From NCBI GenBank assembly GCA_030390025.1, contig CM059432.1:73410001-73474000 (forward strand): DNA of 64,000 nt, read 5' to 3'. A program made the translations under genes and the position numbers. The notes beneath the pieces were generated by a model. That model had not been told where the DNA came from. It saw only the letters and a list, made by a program, of their open reading frames with translations, and did not search any database. Positions 35,961 through 49,577 of the stretch are shown here, piece after piece (position 1 is the stretch's first letter; the number at the start of each line of letters is the position of its first letter). This stretch comes from Squalus acanthias (Eukaryota).

Positions 35961-38228
35961 GGGTGGTATTCCCATACACCTGCTGCCCTTGTCCTTCTCG
36001 GTGGAAGAGGTCGTGGGATTGTGAGGTGCTGTCGAAGAAGCCTTGATGAGTTGCTGCAGTGCATCTTCTAGATGGTACACACTGCAGCCACGGTACGCCG
36101 GTGGTGGAGGGAGTGAATGTTTAAGGTGGTGGATGGGGTGCCAATCAAGCGGGCTGCTTTGTCCTGGATGGTGTCGAGCTTCTTGAGTGTTGTTGGAGCT
36201 GCACTCATCCAAGCAAGTGGAGAGTATTCCATCACACTCCTGACTTGTGCCTTGTAGATGGTGGAAAGGCTTTGGGAAGTCAGGAGGTGAGACACTGGCC
36301 GCAGAATAACAACGACAACTACAACTTGTATTTATATAGCAGCCTTAATGTAGTAAAACGTCCCAAGGCGCTTCACAGGAGTGTTATAAAACAAAAATTT
36401 GACACCGAGCCACGTAAGAAATTAGGGCAGAGGACCAAAAGCTTGGTCAAAGAGGTAGATTTTAAGGAGCGTCTTAAAGGAGGAAAGAGAGGTAGAGAGG
36501 CAGAGAGGGTTAGGGAGGGAATTCCAAAGCTTAGGGCCCAGGAAGCTGAAGGCACGGCCACCAATGGTTGAGCGATTATAATCAGGTATGCTCAAGAGGG
36601 CAGAATTAGAGGAGCGCAGATATCTTGTGGGTGGGGGTTGTGGGGCTGGAGGAGATTACAGAGATGGGGCGGGGGGGGGGGGGGGGGGGGTGGGGGGGGC
36701 AAGGCCATGGAGGGATTTGAAAACAAGGATGAGAAATTTTAAATCGAGGCATTGCTTAACTGGGAGCCAGGGGTGATGGGTGAATGGGACTTGGTGTGAG
36801 TTAGGACACAGGCAGCCGAGTTTTGAATGACCTCAAGTTTACGTAGGGTAGAATGTGGGAGGCCAGCCAGGAGTGCATTGGAATAATTAAGTCTAGGGGT
36901 AACAAAGGCATGGATTAGGGTTTCAGCAGCAGATGATCTGAGGCAGGGGCGGAGACGGGCAATGTTATGGAGGTGGAAATATGTAGTCTTAGTTATGCCA
37001 TGGATATGTGGTCGGAAGCTCATTTCAGGGTCAAATATGACACCAAGGTTGCGAATAGTCTGGTTCAGCCTCAGACAGATGCTAGGGAGAGGGATGGAGT
37101 CGGTGGCTAGGGAACGGAGTTTGTGGCGGGCACCGAAAACAATGACTTCGGTCTTCCCAATATTTAATAGGAGAAAATTTCTGCTCATCAGACAAGCAGT
37201 CGGACAATTTAGGGACCGTGGAGGGGTCGAGAGAAGAGGTGGTGAGGTAGAGCTGGGTGTTGTCAGCGTACATGTGGAAACTGACGCTATATTTTCGGAT
37301 GATATCGCTGAGGGGCAGCATGTACATGAGAAATAGGAGGGGGCCAAGGATAGATCCTTGGTGGAACACCAGAGGTCACGGTGCGGGAGCAGGAAGAGAA
37401 GCCATTGCAGGTGATTCTCTGGCTACGATTAGAAAGATAAGAATGGGACCAGGCGAGTGCAGTCCCACTTAGCTGGACGACGGTGGAGAGCCGTTGGAGG
37501 AGGATGGAGTGGTCAACCATGTCAAAGGCTGCAGACAGGTCGAGAAGGACGAGGAGGGATAGTTGACCTTCATCATAGTCACAAAGGATGTCATTTGTGA
37601 CTTTGATGAGAGCCGTTTCGGTACTGTGGCGGGGCGGAAACCAGGTTGGAGGGATTCAAACATGGAGTTCCGGGAAAGATGGGCATGGATTTTGGAGAAT
37701 ACCCTGCCTCTGACCTGCACTTGTTGCCACAGTATTTATGTGGCTGGTCCAGTTAAGTTTCTGGTCAATGGTGACCCCCAGGATGTTAATGGTGTGGGAT
37801 TCGGCGATGGTAATGCCATTGAATGTCAAGGGACGGTGGTCAGACTCTCTCTTGTTGGAGATAGTCATTGCCTGGCACTTACGTAGCACAAATGTTACTT
37901 GCTACTTATCAGCCCAAGCCGGAATGTCGTCCGGGTCTTGCTGCATGTGGGCACGGACTGCTTCATTATCTGAGGAGTTGCGAATGGAACTGAACACTGC
38001 AATCATCAGCGAACATCCCCATTTCTGACCCTATGATGGAGGGAAGATCATTGATGAAGCAGCTGAAGATGGTTGGGCCTAGGACACTGCCCTGAGGAAC
38101 TCCTGCAGCGATGTCCTGGGGCTGTGATGATTGACCTCCAACCACCACAACCATCTTCCTTTGTGTTAGGTATGACTCCAGCCAGTGGAGAGTTTTCCCC
38201 TTTAGTCCCATTGACTTCAATTTTACTA
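35961..38228 (-). mobile_element. LINE family B fragment split by an L2 insertion
   Basis: 35961-36308 and 37696-38228 are contiguous in the 27560-29250 copy. Confidence 0.85.
36309..37695 (-). mobile_element. 5'-truncated L2 LINE
   Basis: QGSILGPLLF, YADNTQLY, ETLIHAFVTPRLNYSN motifs; (CAA)n tail; TSD AGAATA at 36303-36308 and 37696-37701. Confidence 0.9.
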
Positions 38229-38309
38229 TTGTATCACATTGCTTCTTCCATCCATAGTTCAGCAGTTTCAAATGTAGCTCGACACCCCTGAAAAGTTATG
38301 GTCCTTTCC

Positions 38310-38805
38310 TTTACATACCTTGCAAACTACCGCCCTATCTCCAACCTCCCTTTCCGCTCCAAAGTCCTTGAAGCTGTTGTTGCCGCCAAAATCCATGCAA
38401 ACTTTCCCGCAACTCAATGTTTGAACCTCTCCAAATCAGGTTTCCACCCCACCGCAGCACTGAAACAGCCCTAATCAAAGTCACAAATGATATCCTCCAA
38501 GCAACTATCCCTCCTCATCCTTCTCAAGCTGTCTGCAGTCTATGACACGGTTGACCACACCATCCTCCTACAATGCCTCTCCTCCATTGTCCAGCTGAGT
38601 GGGACTGCGCTTGTCTGTTTCCACTCTTACCTATCCAGTCGTAGCCAGCGAATCTCCAGCCACCTCCCTGGCCACTGTCTCAGGCTGAACCAGACTGTTT
38701 GCAACTTTGTCATCCTATTTGACCCTGAGCTGAGCTTCCAACCCCATATCCTTACCACAAAGATCACCTCCTTCCATCTCTAATATCGCCCGTCTCTGCC
38801 TCTGA
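38310..38805 (+). mobile_element. L2 LINE RT fragment with internal deletions
   Basis: [39 protein letters not shown]. Confidence 0.8.
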
Positions 38806-39464
38806 CATGAGATGAGATAGCTGTTCTTAAAGTGACAATAGCAGCTTTCCATTTAGAGATCTCTTCCTACTCTCGGTTTCCAATTATTGCGATGGTCAGG
38901 TTGAGCGGAGTTCTATTCTTCAAAAGGCTTCAGGTGCCTTATTCAAAACAGATGATTGTGTGGTATTTCAGCAGTGTGAAATTGTATATCCTCCAGCATT
39001 CGCTTCCAAATATGTTTGTTTGGTAGTTTGATTATAAGTAGTTTATTAGGATTTGAAATCACACGAGAATGTGATTTTCATTTGTTATTACCTATTAAAA
39101 TCCCTGGCAGCTATACATGGAAAACGTACATACTGATTCTATGAAAGATGTCTCCCCACTGTACACTGATGGGCAATATCATTTAATGATGCCTGGGTTT
39201 CCATATCATTGAAATTGCTTCCTTCTTCAAAGGAATTAAGGGAGATAATAGTCAGGATCTTTCTGTGGTTTCTTAATTCTTATTGGATTTCTGAAGGATG
39301 TTCAGACTAAAGAGCTCCATGAAATGCTCTTCCTAAGGTATGCAGCAAGTGACTATTTTATTCCAAGTGAATATTTTTATTCTGAAACTATTTAATTCCA
39401 AACGAGCTATAAAGATGGTTGAATTAAGCAATTGGCTCTTTATGTGGACATCTGAGCTGTATTT

Positions 39465-40135
39465 AATTTTTTATTTTGTTCACAGGATGTGGGTAATGCT
39501 GGCAAGGCCGTATTTATTGCCCATCTCAAGTGGCTGTAAGAAGGTGCTGGTGGGCCTTCTTCTTGAACCAGTGCAGTCCTTGTCATGATGGTGCTCCCAT
39601 GATGGTGTTAGTTATGGAATTCCAGGGTTTTGACCCAGTGACAATTAATGAATTGTAGTAGATGTCCCAGTCAGGATGGCAGTGACTTGGAGTGAAACTT
39701 GCAAGTGATGCTGTTCTCATGATGTTGCTGCTCTTGTCCTTCTCAGGGGTAGAGGTCACGGGGCTGAGAGATGCTGTCGAAGTAAGCTTGTTGAGTTACT
39801 GTAGTGTATCCTGTTCCGAATACATATTTCAGTCACAAATTGTTGGTGGTGGTGGTGGGGGCGGGGGATGTTGACACTGAGTCAGTGCAGTCAAGTGGTG
39901 AGTATTCCATCAGACTCCTGACTTGAGCCTTATAGATGGTGGAGATGCTTTGAGGTGAGTCATTCAGCCTCTGCCATCCTCTTGTAGCCATAGTGTTGAT
40001 ATGGGTAGTTAAGTTTCTGGTCAGTGATGTCACCCAGGATGTTGATAGTGGGTCTCCAGCTGTTGAAAGTCAGGGGGAAGATATTGGCCTTTTTTTTTGT
40101 TGCAGATGGTCACATGTGGCAACTATTTGGTGCTA
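39465..40135 (-). mobile_element. Old LINE family B 3' fragment
   Basis: Diverged match to 27560-28330 (STIYKAQVRSLMEYSPL). Confidence 0.75.
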
Positions 40136-41099
40136 CAAAAAAATACATGAGGGTAACTTTAACCTCACCTGACCTAAGTAAAATCAGTAAAACCTAAGTA
40201 CAAGGGACGGCCGATCTGATCCTATCAGGTTCCCCGCGGATTAGATTATAATTACTCCCATGGTGTCTACATTAAAAAGTAATTTATTGATTGTGAAGCA
40301 CATTGGGATGTCTGAGGACATGAAAGGCACAGTATAAATGCAAATTCTTCTTTCTTTCTCAGTGCTTTCCCCCGTTTGTTGGTAGGTTCTACCTGGGTCT
40401 TGTGCCTCGGCTCCTGAGAAAGTGGGTGGGGTGGTGGCTCTTTTCCGCACTCAGCCAATGCCCTCTTTAGGTGCACAATAGTGACTTAACAAGGATGCTC
40501 CAATTCAATGCTCCATCCCATGAAAGGAGATGTTCCAACCACTGCCAGCCTAGGTTAGATCAAGAACTAGGCAGAATGAGGAATCAAACATGAGTAGCCA
40601 CTCTCTGCCGCTTTGTATTTGCTGTATGATTTGCTGTTGGACACATTGCCCTTTGTATTATTTATATTTTCTTTAATTTTTTTGGTAACTTTTTTTTGTC
40701 ATATTAGGGTAACTTTACGAGCCTGTGCTGCTGACGATGAGCCCAGAATACCAGTGGTGCATATCAGGGGCTCGAGCACACACTGACCACAATTTTCCAA
40801 TCATTACTTTTTTAATGGTTTAGGAGAACTGTGGGCAGCATGTGCCCAAGTTTCCAGTATGTGCTGCTGCTGGGCTGGGCAGTGCAGACGAGCAAAATCA
40901 CCCCTATTGCTCCAAATTCTAGGAGGTACATAAGAATGGCTTGATTGGGTCAGCTTAAAAAGCTCAATACCACTGATCAGTGCCTCCACATTCCAGCATG
41001 GACAAGATAAAAACAGCTATGTGGGCATTTGTAAGTGCAAGCCTATAACATGTGATATAGCACTTTGTAGCATCAGTGAGATACTCACTATTATTACTT

Positions 41100-44000
41100 C
41101 ATAGAATCATAGAAAATTACAGCACAGAAGGAGGCCATTCAGCCCATCGTGTATGTGCCAGCTGAAAAAGAGCTATCCAGCCTAATCCCACTTTCCAGCT
41201 CTTGGTCCGTAGCCCTGTAGGCACTTCAAATGCATATCCAAGTATTTTTTAAATGCGATGAGGGTTTCTGCCTCTACCATCCTTTCAGGCAGTGAGTCCC
41301 AGACCCCCACCACCCTCTAAGTGAAAAAAGTTATCATCAACTCCTCTCTAATCCTTCTACCAATTACTTTAAATCTATGCCCCCTGGTTATTGACCTCTC
41401 TGCTAAGGGAAATAGGTCCTTCCTATCCACTCTATCTAGGCCCCTCATAATTTTATACACCTCAATTAAGTCTCCCTTCAGCCTCCTCTGTTCCAAAGAA
41501 AACAACCTCAGCCTATCCAATCATTCCTCACAGCTAAAATTCTCCAGTCCTGGCAACATCCTCGTAAATCTCCTCTGTAACCTCTCTAGTGCAATCACAT
41601 CTTTTTCTGTAATGTGGTGACCAGAACTGTACACAGTACTCTAGCTGTGGCCTAACTAGTGTTTTATACAGTTCAAACATAACCTCCCTGCTCTTATATT
41701 CTATGTCTTGGCTAATAAAGGAAAGTATCCTGTATGCCTTCTTAACCACCTTATCTACCTGTCCTGCTACCTTCAGGGATCTGTGGACATGCACTCCAAG
41801 GTTTCTCTGTTCCTTTACACTTCTCTGTATCCTACCATTTATTGTGTATTCCATTGTCTTGTTAGCCCTCCCCAAATGCATTAGGTCACACTTCTCCGGA
41901 TTGAATTTCATATGCCACTTTTCTGCCCACCTGACCAGTCTACTGATAACTTCCTGCAGTCTACAGCTTTCTTCCTCACTATCAACCACACGGCCAATTT
42001 TTGTATCATCTGCAAACATCTTAATCATGCCCCCTACATTGAAGTCTAAATCATTGATATATACCGAAAAAAGCAAGAGACCTAGTACTGAGACTGTGGA
42101 ACCACACTGGAAACAGCATTCCAGTCACAAAATCACCCGCTGACCTTTTGCTTCCTGCCACTGAGCCAATTTTGGATCCAACTTGCCACTTTCCCTTGGA
42201 TCCCATGGGCTTTTACATTTCTGACCAGTCTGCCATATGGGACCTTATCAAAAGCCTTGCTAAAATCCATGTAGACTACATCAAATGTGCTACCCTCATC
42301 GACCCTCCTTGTTACCTCCTCAAAAAATTCAATCAAGTTAGTCAGACACGACCTTTCGTTAACAAATCCATACTGACTGTCCTTGATTAATCCGTGCCTT
42401 TCTAAATGCCGACTAATACTGTCACGCAGAATTTTTTTCCAATAATTTACCCACCATTGAGGTTAGGCTGACTGGCCTGTAATTACTCCGTCTATCCCTT
42501 TTTCCCTTTTTAAACAACGGTACAACATTAACAGTCCTCCTGTCCTCCGGCACCACACCTGTAGCCAGAGAGGATTGAAAAATGATGGTCAGAGCCACTG
42601 CTATTTCCTCCCTTGTTTCTCTTAACAGCCTGGGATACATTTCATCTGGGCCTGGCGATTTATCTACTTTCAAAGATGCTAAACCCCTTAATATTTCCTC
42701 TCTCACTATGTTAATCTCATCTAATATTTCACACTCCTCCTCCTTAACTACAATGTCTCTCTCTTTTGTGAAGACAGATGCATAGAATTCATTAAGAACC
42801 ATACCTACATCTTCCACCTCAACACACAGGTTACCTTTTTGGTCTCTAATAGGCCCTACTCTTTCTTTAGTTATCCTCTTGCTCTTCATGTATTTATAAA
42901 TATCTTTGGGTTTTCCTTGATTTTATGTATTACAATATTTTTTCATGCCCTCTCTTTGCTTTCCTAATTTCCTTTTAAATTTCACCCCTGCACTTTCTGT
43001 ACTCCTCTAGGCTTTCTGCAATATTTAGCTTCCCTTTTTTGCCTTATCCTACCTTGTATGCCCCTTGACATCCAGGGGACTCTAGATTTGGGAGTCCCAC
43101 CCTTTTCTTTGTGGGAACATATTTGCTCTGAACCCTCACCATCTCCTCCTTGAATGCCTCCCACTGCTCTGACACTGATTTACCTTCAAGTAGCTGTTTC
43201 CAGTTCACTTTTGCTAAATCACATCTCAGCTTAGAAAAATTGGCCTTTCCCCAATTCAGAACTTTTACTCCTGATCTATCTTTGTCCTTTTCCATAACTA
43301 TGTTAAATCTAACTGAATTATGATCACTACCACCAAAATGCTCTCCCACTGATACCTCTTCCACCTCCCCAGCTTTATTCCCAGTAAGTCCAGAACTGCC
43401 CACTCTCTTGTTGGGCTTGCTACATATGGGCTAAAAAAGTTCTCCTGAATGCATTTTAAGAATTCTGCACACTCTATACCTTTTACACTGATTCTATCCT
43501 AGTTAATATTAGGTTAGTTAAAATCCCTTACTATTACTGTCCTATTGTTTTTGCACTTCTCAGAAATTTGCCTACATATTTGCTCTTCTATCTCCCTCTG
43601 ACTATTTGGGGGTCTATAGTACTCTCCCAGCAGTGTGATTGTCCCTTTTTTGTTCTTCAGTTCAACTCATATGGCCTTATTTGATGATCCTTCTAACATA
43701 TCATCCCTCCTCACAGCTGTAATTGTTTCTTTAACCAATATTGCAACCTTCCCTCCTTTTTTATCCCCCTCTCTATCTTGTCTGAAAACCCTGTACCCAG
43801 GAATGTTGAGCTGCCATTCCTGCCCTTCTTTCAGCCATGTTTCAGTAATAGCTATGATATCATACTTCCACATGACTATCTGTGCCCTCAGCTCATCTGC
43901 CTTCTTCACTAGACTCCTTGCATTGAAGTATATACCATTAAGCACTGCCAAACCCCTTTGTTGTCTATTTTCTAGCTTTTGTTTCCTCTGCCTTCCAAAC

Positions 44001-46080
44001 TCACTTACTAATTTTCTGCCTTCCATTTCCAGCTTTGCTTCTCTCCCTTCTGAATCTACGCTCAGGTTCCCATCCCCACTGCTAAGCTAATTTAAGCCCT
44101 CCTCAACAGCACCAGCAACCGCCCCCCACCCCCCCGCCGCACCGCCCCCCTCCCCACCCCACCCCGCGAGGATATTGTTCCCGGCCCTGTTGAGGTCTGG
44201 CATGTACAGGTCCCACCTTCCCCAAAACCAGTCCCAATGCCTCAGGGATCTAAAGCCCTCCCTCCTGCACCATCTCTCCAGCCACGCATTCATCTGCTCT
44301 ATCCTCCTATTCCTGTACTCACTAGCGTGTAGCACTGGGAGTAATCCGGAGATTACTACCTTTGAGGGCCTGCTTATTAACCTCTTTCCTAGCTCCCTAA
44401 AATCTGTTTGCAGGACCTCATCCCTCTATTTACTTATGTCATTGGTACCGATATGGACCACAACCTCTGGCTGTTCACCCTCCCCCCTCAGAGTGTCCTG
44501 CAGCCGCTCAGTGACATCCTTGACCCTGGCACCAGGGAGGCAACATACCATCCTGGAGTCACGTCTGCGGCTGCAGAAATTCCCGTCTGTTCCTGTAACT
44601 ATTGAATCCCCTACCACTATTGCTTTTCTGACCTTCCTCCTCCCCCGCTGTACAGCTGAGCCACCCATGGTGCCGTGGCCTTGGCTCTGGTTGTACTCCC
44701 CACAGGAACCATCACCCTCACTCATATTCAGAACTGAATACTGGTTAGAGAACAAGATGCACTCAGGGGACTCCTGCACTACCTACCTGGTCCTCCTTGT
44801 CTGTCTGGCGGTCATCCATTCCCTCTCTGCCTGAAAACTCTTAGGGGTAAAAATTCAGTTGGTTGCGCCTCCCGTTAGCGCCTTAAGAGGGCGATAATGG
44901 GGCGCAAAGCCGCTAACGCCCGGGCGCAGCGATGTTTGCGCCGCTCGGGAACTTAACTAGAGATTGTGCGGCGGCGCTAAACTTTACCGCTGCGACCACC
45001 TGCGCGCGCAGATTGTGACGTCATTCCATGGTGCAACGCCCTTGTGGCGCCCCGGAGCAGAAATTGAGTGGCGCCCCCTGCCTTACCGTCTGGCGCATCC
45101 AACAACCAGAAGACTGGAACGCTATCAATCGCTGTGGGGCTGGGGGAGCGCTATTTAAAGGGGGCCTCTTCCTGTCTTTTATTGTTGGTGGCATTTTTGA
45201 ACTACGCATTCTGAGAGAGAGAGGGAGAGACTTCTGGAGAGATTCAACGTTGTGTGAAAGAGTTTTGGGTACTGAGCAGCACTTTGCAGGTTCATTTTGA
45301 TTTGCCATTCCTTGTATCGATTTAGCAGAGACTGTGGGAGCTGCACTCTGAGCTCTTTGCCTGGTACTCTCCATTGTTCTTTCCAGCACATTTGATGTGC
45401 AAGTCTCTCCAGGCCGAGATTCAAGGCTGCAATGAGCAGGATGTGGATGGAAAGCAAGATTAACCATCCCCTTTAAGAACTGGCCCGTGCCATTGTGTGT
45501 GTGTTCCATTGCTGACTGACATTACATGAGCTTCGCCAGCGCTCTGAGTTAGCGCCTCACTCCTTGGCCTTTGCGCCTTAAGACAGGTGTGCAGCGCCTG
45601 CTTTAGCGCTCCACTCACCTCCCGGGGCGGTAAAAGTGAAGTTTCCAGTCAGTGCCGATAATTAGCGCCAGGCGCTAATATTTGCGTCCAGACGATATTT
45701 GCGCCCCAAATGGGGCGCGACCTAATTTCTACCCCTTAAGCTGCGAGGTGGCCACCTCCTGAAACATGCTATCCACGTAACTCCCAGCCTGCCGGATGCA
45801 CCGCAGTGACACCAGCCGCTGCTGAAGCTCGGAAACCAGGAGCTCGAGCTTCTCTAGCTGACGACACTTCCTGCACATGTGGTTGTCCGGGACACGAGAA
45901 GCATCCTGAACTTCCCACATGGCACAGGATATGCATTCGATGGGGCTGAGGTGCCCTGCCATGCCTTTATTTATTAGACTACTAACTAAACTTCTTAGTT
46001 TAACCCACTGCCCTAACGTAGAGAGAAAAAAGACAAAATTATTTACACAAGTTTAACAAGAACCAATGAGATACTAAACA
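41100..46080 (-). mobile_element. Near full-length CR1 LINE (second subfamily, ATTCTATG tail), degenerate
   Basis: Tail at 41100-41115; RT (MDFSKAFDKVP, FADDTK); endonuclease (FNARSL, ITETWL); ORF1 esterase (VGDSIV, HIGTNDI) and zinc finger (ECISCAMW...CRKC) from ATG 45962. Confidence 0.93.
44844..45735 (+). mobile_element. Non-autonomous Harbinger derived from the 61552 family
   Basis: TIRs GGGGTAAAAATT / AATTTCTACCCC; TSD TTA at 44841-44843 and 45736-45738; first about 400 bp nearly identical to 61552-61980. Confidence 0.93.
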
Positions 46081-46084
46081 CAAA

Positions 46085-48169
46085 AGCGTAGAGATTCAAG
46101 ATTGCTAAAAACCTGCTGGTGCCACCGCCGGCCTGAGTTAACGTCGCTGAAATTCATGGCGCTGGCAGGACCGGGATATTCGTGATGGTTGCTAATTAAC
46201 ATTAGCCCAGCGCTAAACTCACGTTGCAAAGCCGTTTCGTGCTGGTGGTCCCGGCAGGAGGCCCCAATGTAGTGTGGCAGTAGCGTCATTACAGCAAGAA
46301 CAGCCTTCTCTTAAAGCAAGGCTGTCACTTCAGAAAACAGTGCAGTTTCTTAAAGGGGAACTGCCTTCTAAAATGAAAAAAAATAAAAATCATGTAAAAA
46401 TAGGCAGTTTTTAGCCCTTGCAGCTCAACTGCCTTCTGAAAAAAAATTAACATTAAAAAGAATTCCCAAATGGGAGTCTTCAGCTCTTAAAGCTGAACTG
46501 CCTTCTGCACTTAAAAAAATGGGAAAAGTGCTTCAGCACTATCACAAATGGCTCAACAAGCCAGGGAAAGGGCACCCAAGGTCTCACATGCAGCACTCCA
46601 GCTTTGTGCAGGGGGTCAACACTGCAAGAGAGGTCCTCTACCCACAGGGACCAGGAGGCCCTCCAGAAATAAGGATGTGGGACCAGATCGCCAGCAGTGT
46701 CACCCCCACGACCTGGCTACAGTGACCAACAAAGCTTCATGACCTCAGACCAGTGGTCAAGGTCAGTGAATGCATCTTCAAAAGCCATTTCCTACCAACT
46801 GCACCCCTAGCCTCACACACTGTTCAATGCACGACCCCCCACCCCCAATCACTCACCTACCAACAATCTGTACCAAACACGAGGCACACCTCCCATTCCT
46901 AGCTTTACCTCACCCCCTTGGAGGAGACGGTTCCTGCCCTCCCCTCACCACAACTCCACCTTTGTGCCTTCCTCATTTCACACACCCAAGAAATGCAGCC
47001 TGCCCAGCCAGTGGTTGACCAAGGAAAGCAGAGGAGAGTGAAGAAGAACAAGAAGAAGAAGAAAAAGAAGAAACACCATCTCTCAATTTGACACTCCCAG
47101 CCACCAGCTCCTCAAAGTCGACCTGCAAGGTCATTTGCAGTGTCTCTCACTGAAAGTCAGCAGCCTTCCACCAGCCATGCTGCAGCCACTGGGGTAGCAC
47201 TGTGTGACATCAGTAGGATAGGCAAAGGCACACACAAGACAGTCACTAAGAGAATGTATAAGGATGATGTGTTGATTTCTTGATGTCATATTGAATGGAT
47301 AGATGTATAAAGTAAGATTGGAAAGTTTGCTTTGTGGTGGCTTTTATTTCAGCATTGTGGCCAAGAGGATGCTGTGATGGTCAGTAACAGAGGGAAGGTA
47401 AGGTGTGGGACAAATGTTGAAACGGGAATTGGGGTTGTGGTCACTGGTACCGCAGGCGAATGATTCCATCCCGGATATCCCAGCCAGAAAGGGGCTGTCT
47501 GGGTTGCATCCTTCCTTCTGCTTCCTCCTCTTCTGCGTCTTCCTCTTCTGCGTCTTCCTCTTCTGCATCTTCCCCTTCCCTCTGCGAGCCGATGCTGTAA
47601 ATCTGAAATAAAAGCATAATATGCTGGAAATACTCATCAGGTCAGGCAGCATCTCGACCTGAGACGTGAACTCTGTTGCTCTCTCCACAGATGCTACCTG
47701 ACCTGCTGAGTATTTACAGCATTTTCTGTCTTCTCAGAGGCCTTCCATTACCATCCAAGGCCTTGTAAGCATCCAGCAGCACTCCCTGCACACTTTAAAA
47801 ACTTTTAACATGTATTGCACCAAGCCACTACTTCAATAAAATATAAAAAATCCATTCCAAAAGCTTAACTGGAAACTGGAAAGATGTGTGTGTCCCTTTA
47901 AGAAGTGCTGACAGCATCTCCGCTGCACTCTCGCTTTTCAGAGCGAGCTTAGGACCCAGCGCTGAACTCAGCACAAAGTTCCAAGTTTGCAGAGCATGAC
48001 GTTAAGTCGGCGCTCTATATATTTGTATCTCCAGGGCCAGCACTGCTATCAGCAGCACGAAGTCCCTCACCAAAATGGCGGCCACTGAGCCCTGCACCAG
48101 AGAAGTGCGTTGAGCGCGGCTGCTATTTTTTTCCAGGATTGCGGCGGTAAGGTAGGGAATTTCTAGGCC
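46085..48169. mobile_element. Internally deleted two-gene Harbinger related to 18434-22432
   Basis: TIRs AGCGTAGAGATTC / GAATTTCTAGGCC; TSD AAA at 46082-46084 and 48170-48172; Myb exon-1 remnant from 46548, same GTCAGTGAATGCATC intron start, transposase 3' remnant about 47440-47590. Confidence 0.8.
47591..47732. mobile_element. Penelope pLTR fold-back fragment
   Basis: Inverted arms 47621-47654 and 47689-47722 of the repeat also seen at 35855. Confidence 0.75.
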
Positions 48170-48207
48170 AAAGAGCCTAAATATTAGATATTTAGATACT
48201 TAACTTA

Positions 48208-49577
48208 GGTCCTAGGGTTCTCTGGCTCCACTCTTCCTTTTGGCAGTCACGAAGTGGCGCACATTTCCAGCTAGAAGTGCGCCGCCTGCCATATTGGGAA
48301 AGGACATAAAAATCAATGTGCAGTGCCCATGCTAGGAACAGGTGTTATGACCTTTGCTTATGCAAATAAGGGGCCTATCACCCATTTGATGCCCCTACTG
48401 CAAGATTGGGTTGTCCTGCACTCTGATATCTCTCTCCCCCGGCCTCTGATATCTCTTTCACCCGGCCTCCGATCTCTCTCTCCCGCAGCCTCTGATATCT
48501 CTCTCACCTGGCCTCCGATATCTCTCCCCCCAATCCCCGCCACCCCTGGCCTCCACTATCTCTCTCCCCCAGCCTCCGCTGTCTCTCTCCCCAGGCCTCC
48601 GATATCTCTCCCCCATCCCCGGCCTCCGATATCTCTCCCCCATCCCCGGCCTCCGATATCTCTCTCCCCAGGCCTCCGATATCTCTTCCCACCGGCCTCT
48701 GATATCTCTTCCCCCCGGCCTCTGATATCTCTTCCCCCCTCGGCCTCTGCTATCTCTCTCCCCAGGCCTCTGCTATCTCTCTTCCCAGGCCTCCGATATC
48801 TCTCCCCCCCAGCCTCCGCTATCTCTCTCACCCAGCCTCCTATATCTCACTCAGCCGACCTCTGATAACTCTCCACGCTCCCCCCCCCCCCCACCAGCCT
48901 CCAATATCTTTCCCCTCCTCGGCCTCCAATATCTCTCTCACCTGGCCTCTGATATCTCTCCCCCAAATCCCCAGCCTCCGATATCTCTATCGCCCGGCCT
49001 CCGATATCTTTATCGCCCGGCCTCCGATATCTCTCTCCCATGGCCTCTGATATCTCTCTCCCCCGGCCTCCGGTATCTCTTCTCCCTCGGCCTCCGATGT
49101 CCATTATCTTTCCCCGCCCTGGCCTCTGACATCTCTCCCCTCCCAGCATCCGATATCACTCCCCCCAAGTCCACACCATCCCCCGCCTCTGATATCTCTA
49201 TCCCCGGCCTCCAATATCTCCCCCCAGCCCCCGGCCTCCGATATCTCTCCCCCTCCCCCCACCACGTCCGCCGATATTTCTCCCCCATCCCTGGCCTCCA
49301 ATATCTCTCCTCCCTTAGCTTCCGATATCTCCCTCCCCCCGGCCTCCAATATCTTTCTCTTCCAGCCTCCGATATCTCTCTTCCTCGGCCTCCAATCTCC
49401 CTCCCCCCCCAGTCTCCTGAGAGCCTATATGACACTGGCAGTGGCCTGATCTTTGTTCAGTCTTCGCCAGCTGGCTGCACGCACCACACCAGCTTGATGG
49501 AAGTGAGGCCTGAGGCCCAATGTATTCAGGCACAGGGATTGTACCCTGCACCCATCATGTGTCGAAATTCTAGGCCC
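48208..49577. mobile_element. Candidate Harbinger-type MITE enclosing a minisatellite
   Basis: Ends GGTCCTAGGGTT / AATTCTAGGCCC; no convincing TSD. Confidence 0.45.
48422..49400. repeat. C-rich minisatellite, unit about 22 bp (CCCGGCCTCCGATATCTCTCT)
   Basis: Tandem degenerate units read directly. Confidence 0.93.

Noticed and set aside
44175..44834. 219-aa plus-strand ORF
   Set aside because: Antisense to the CR1 ORF1 esterase
48323..49551. Pro-rich and Gly/Arg-rich ORFs
   Set aside because: Translations of a minisatellite
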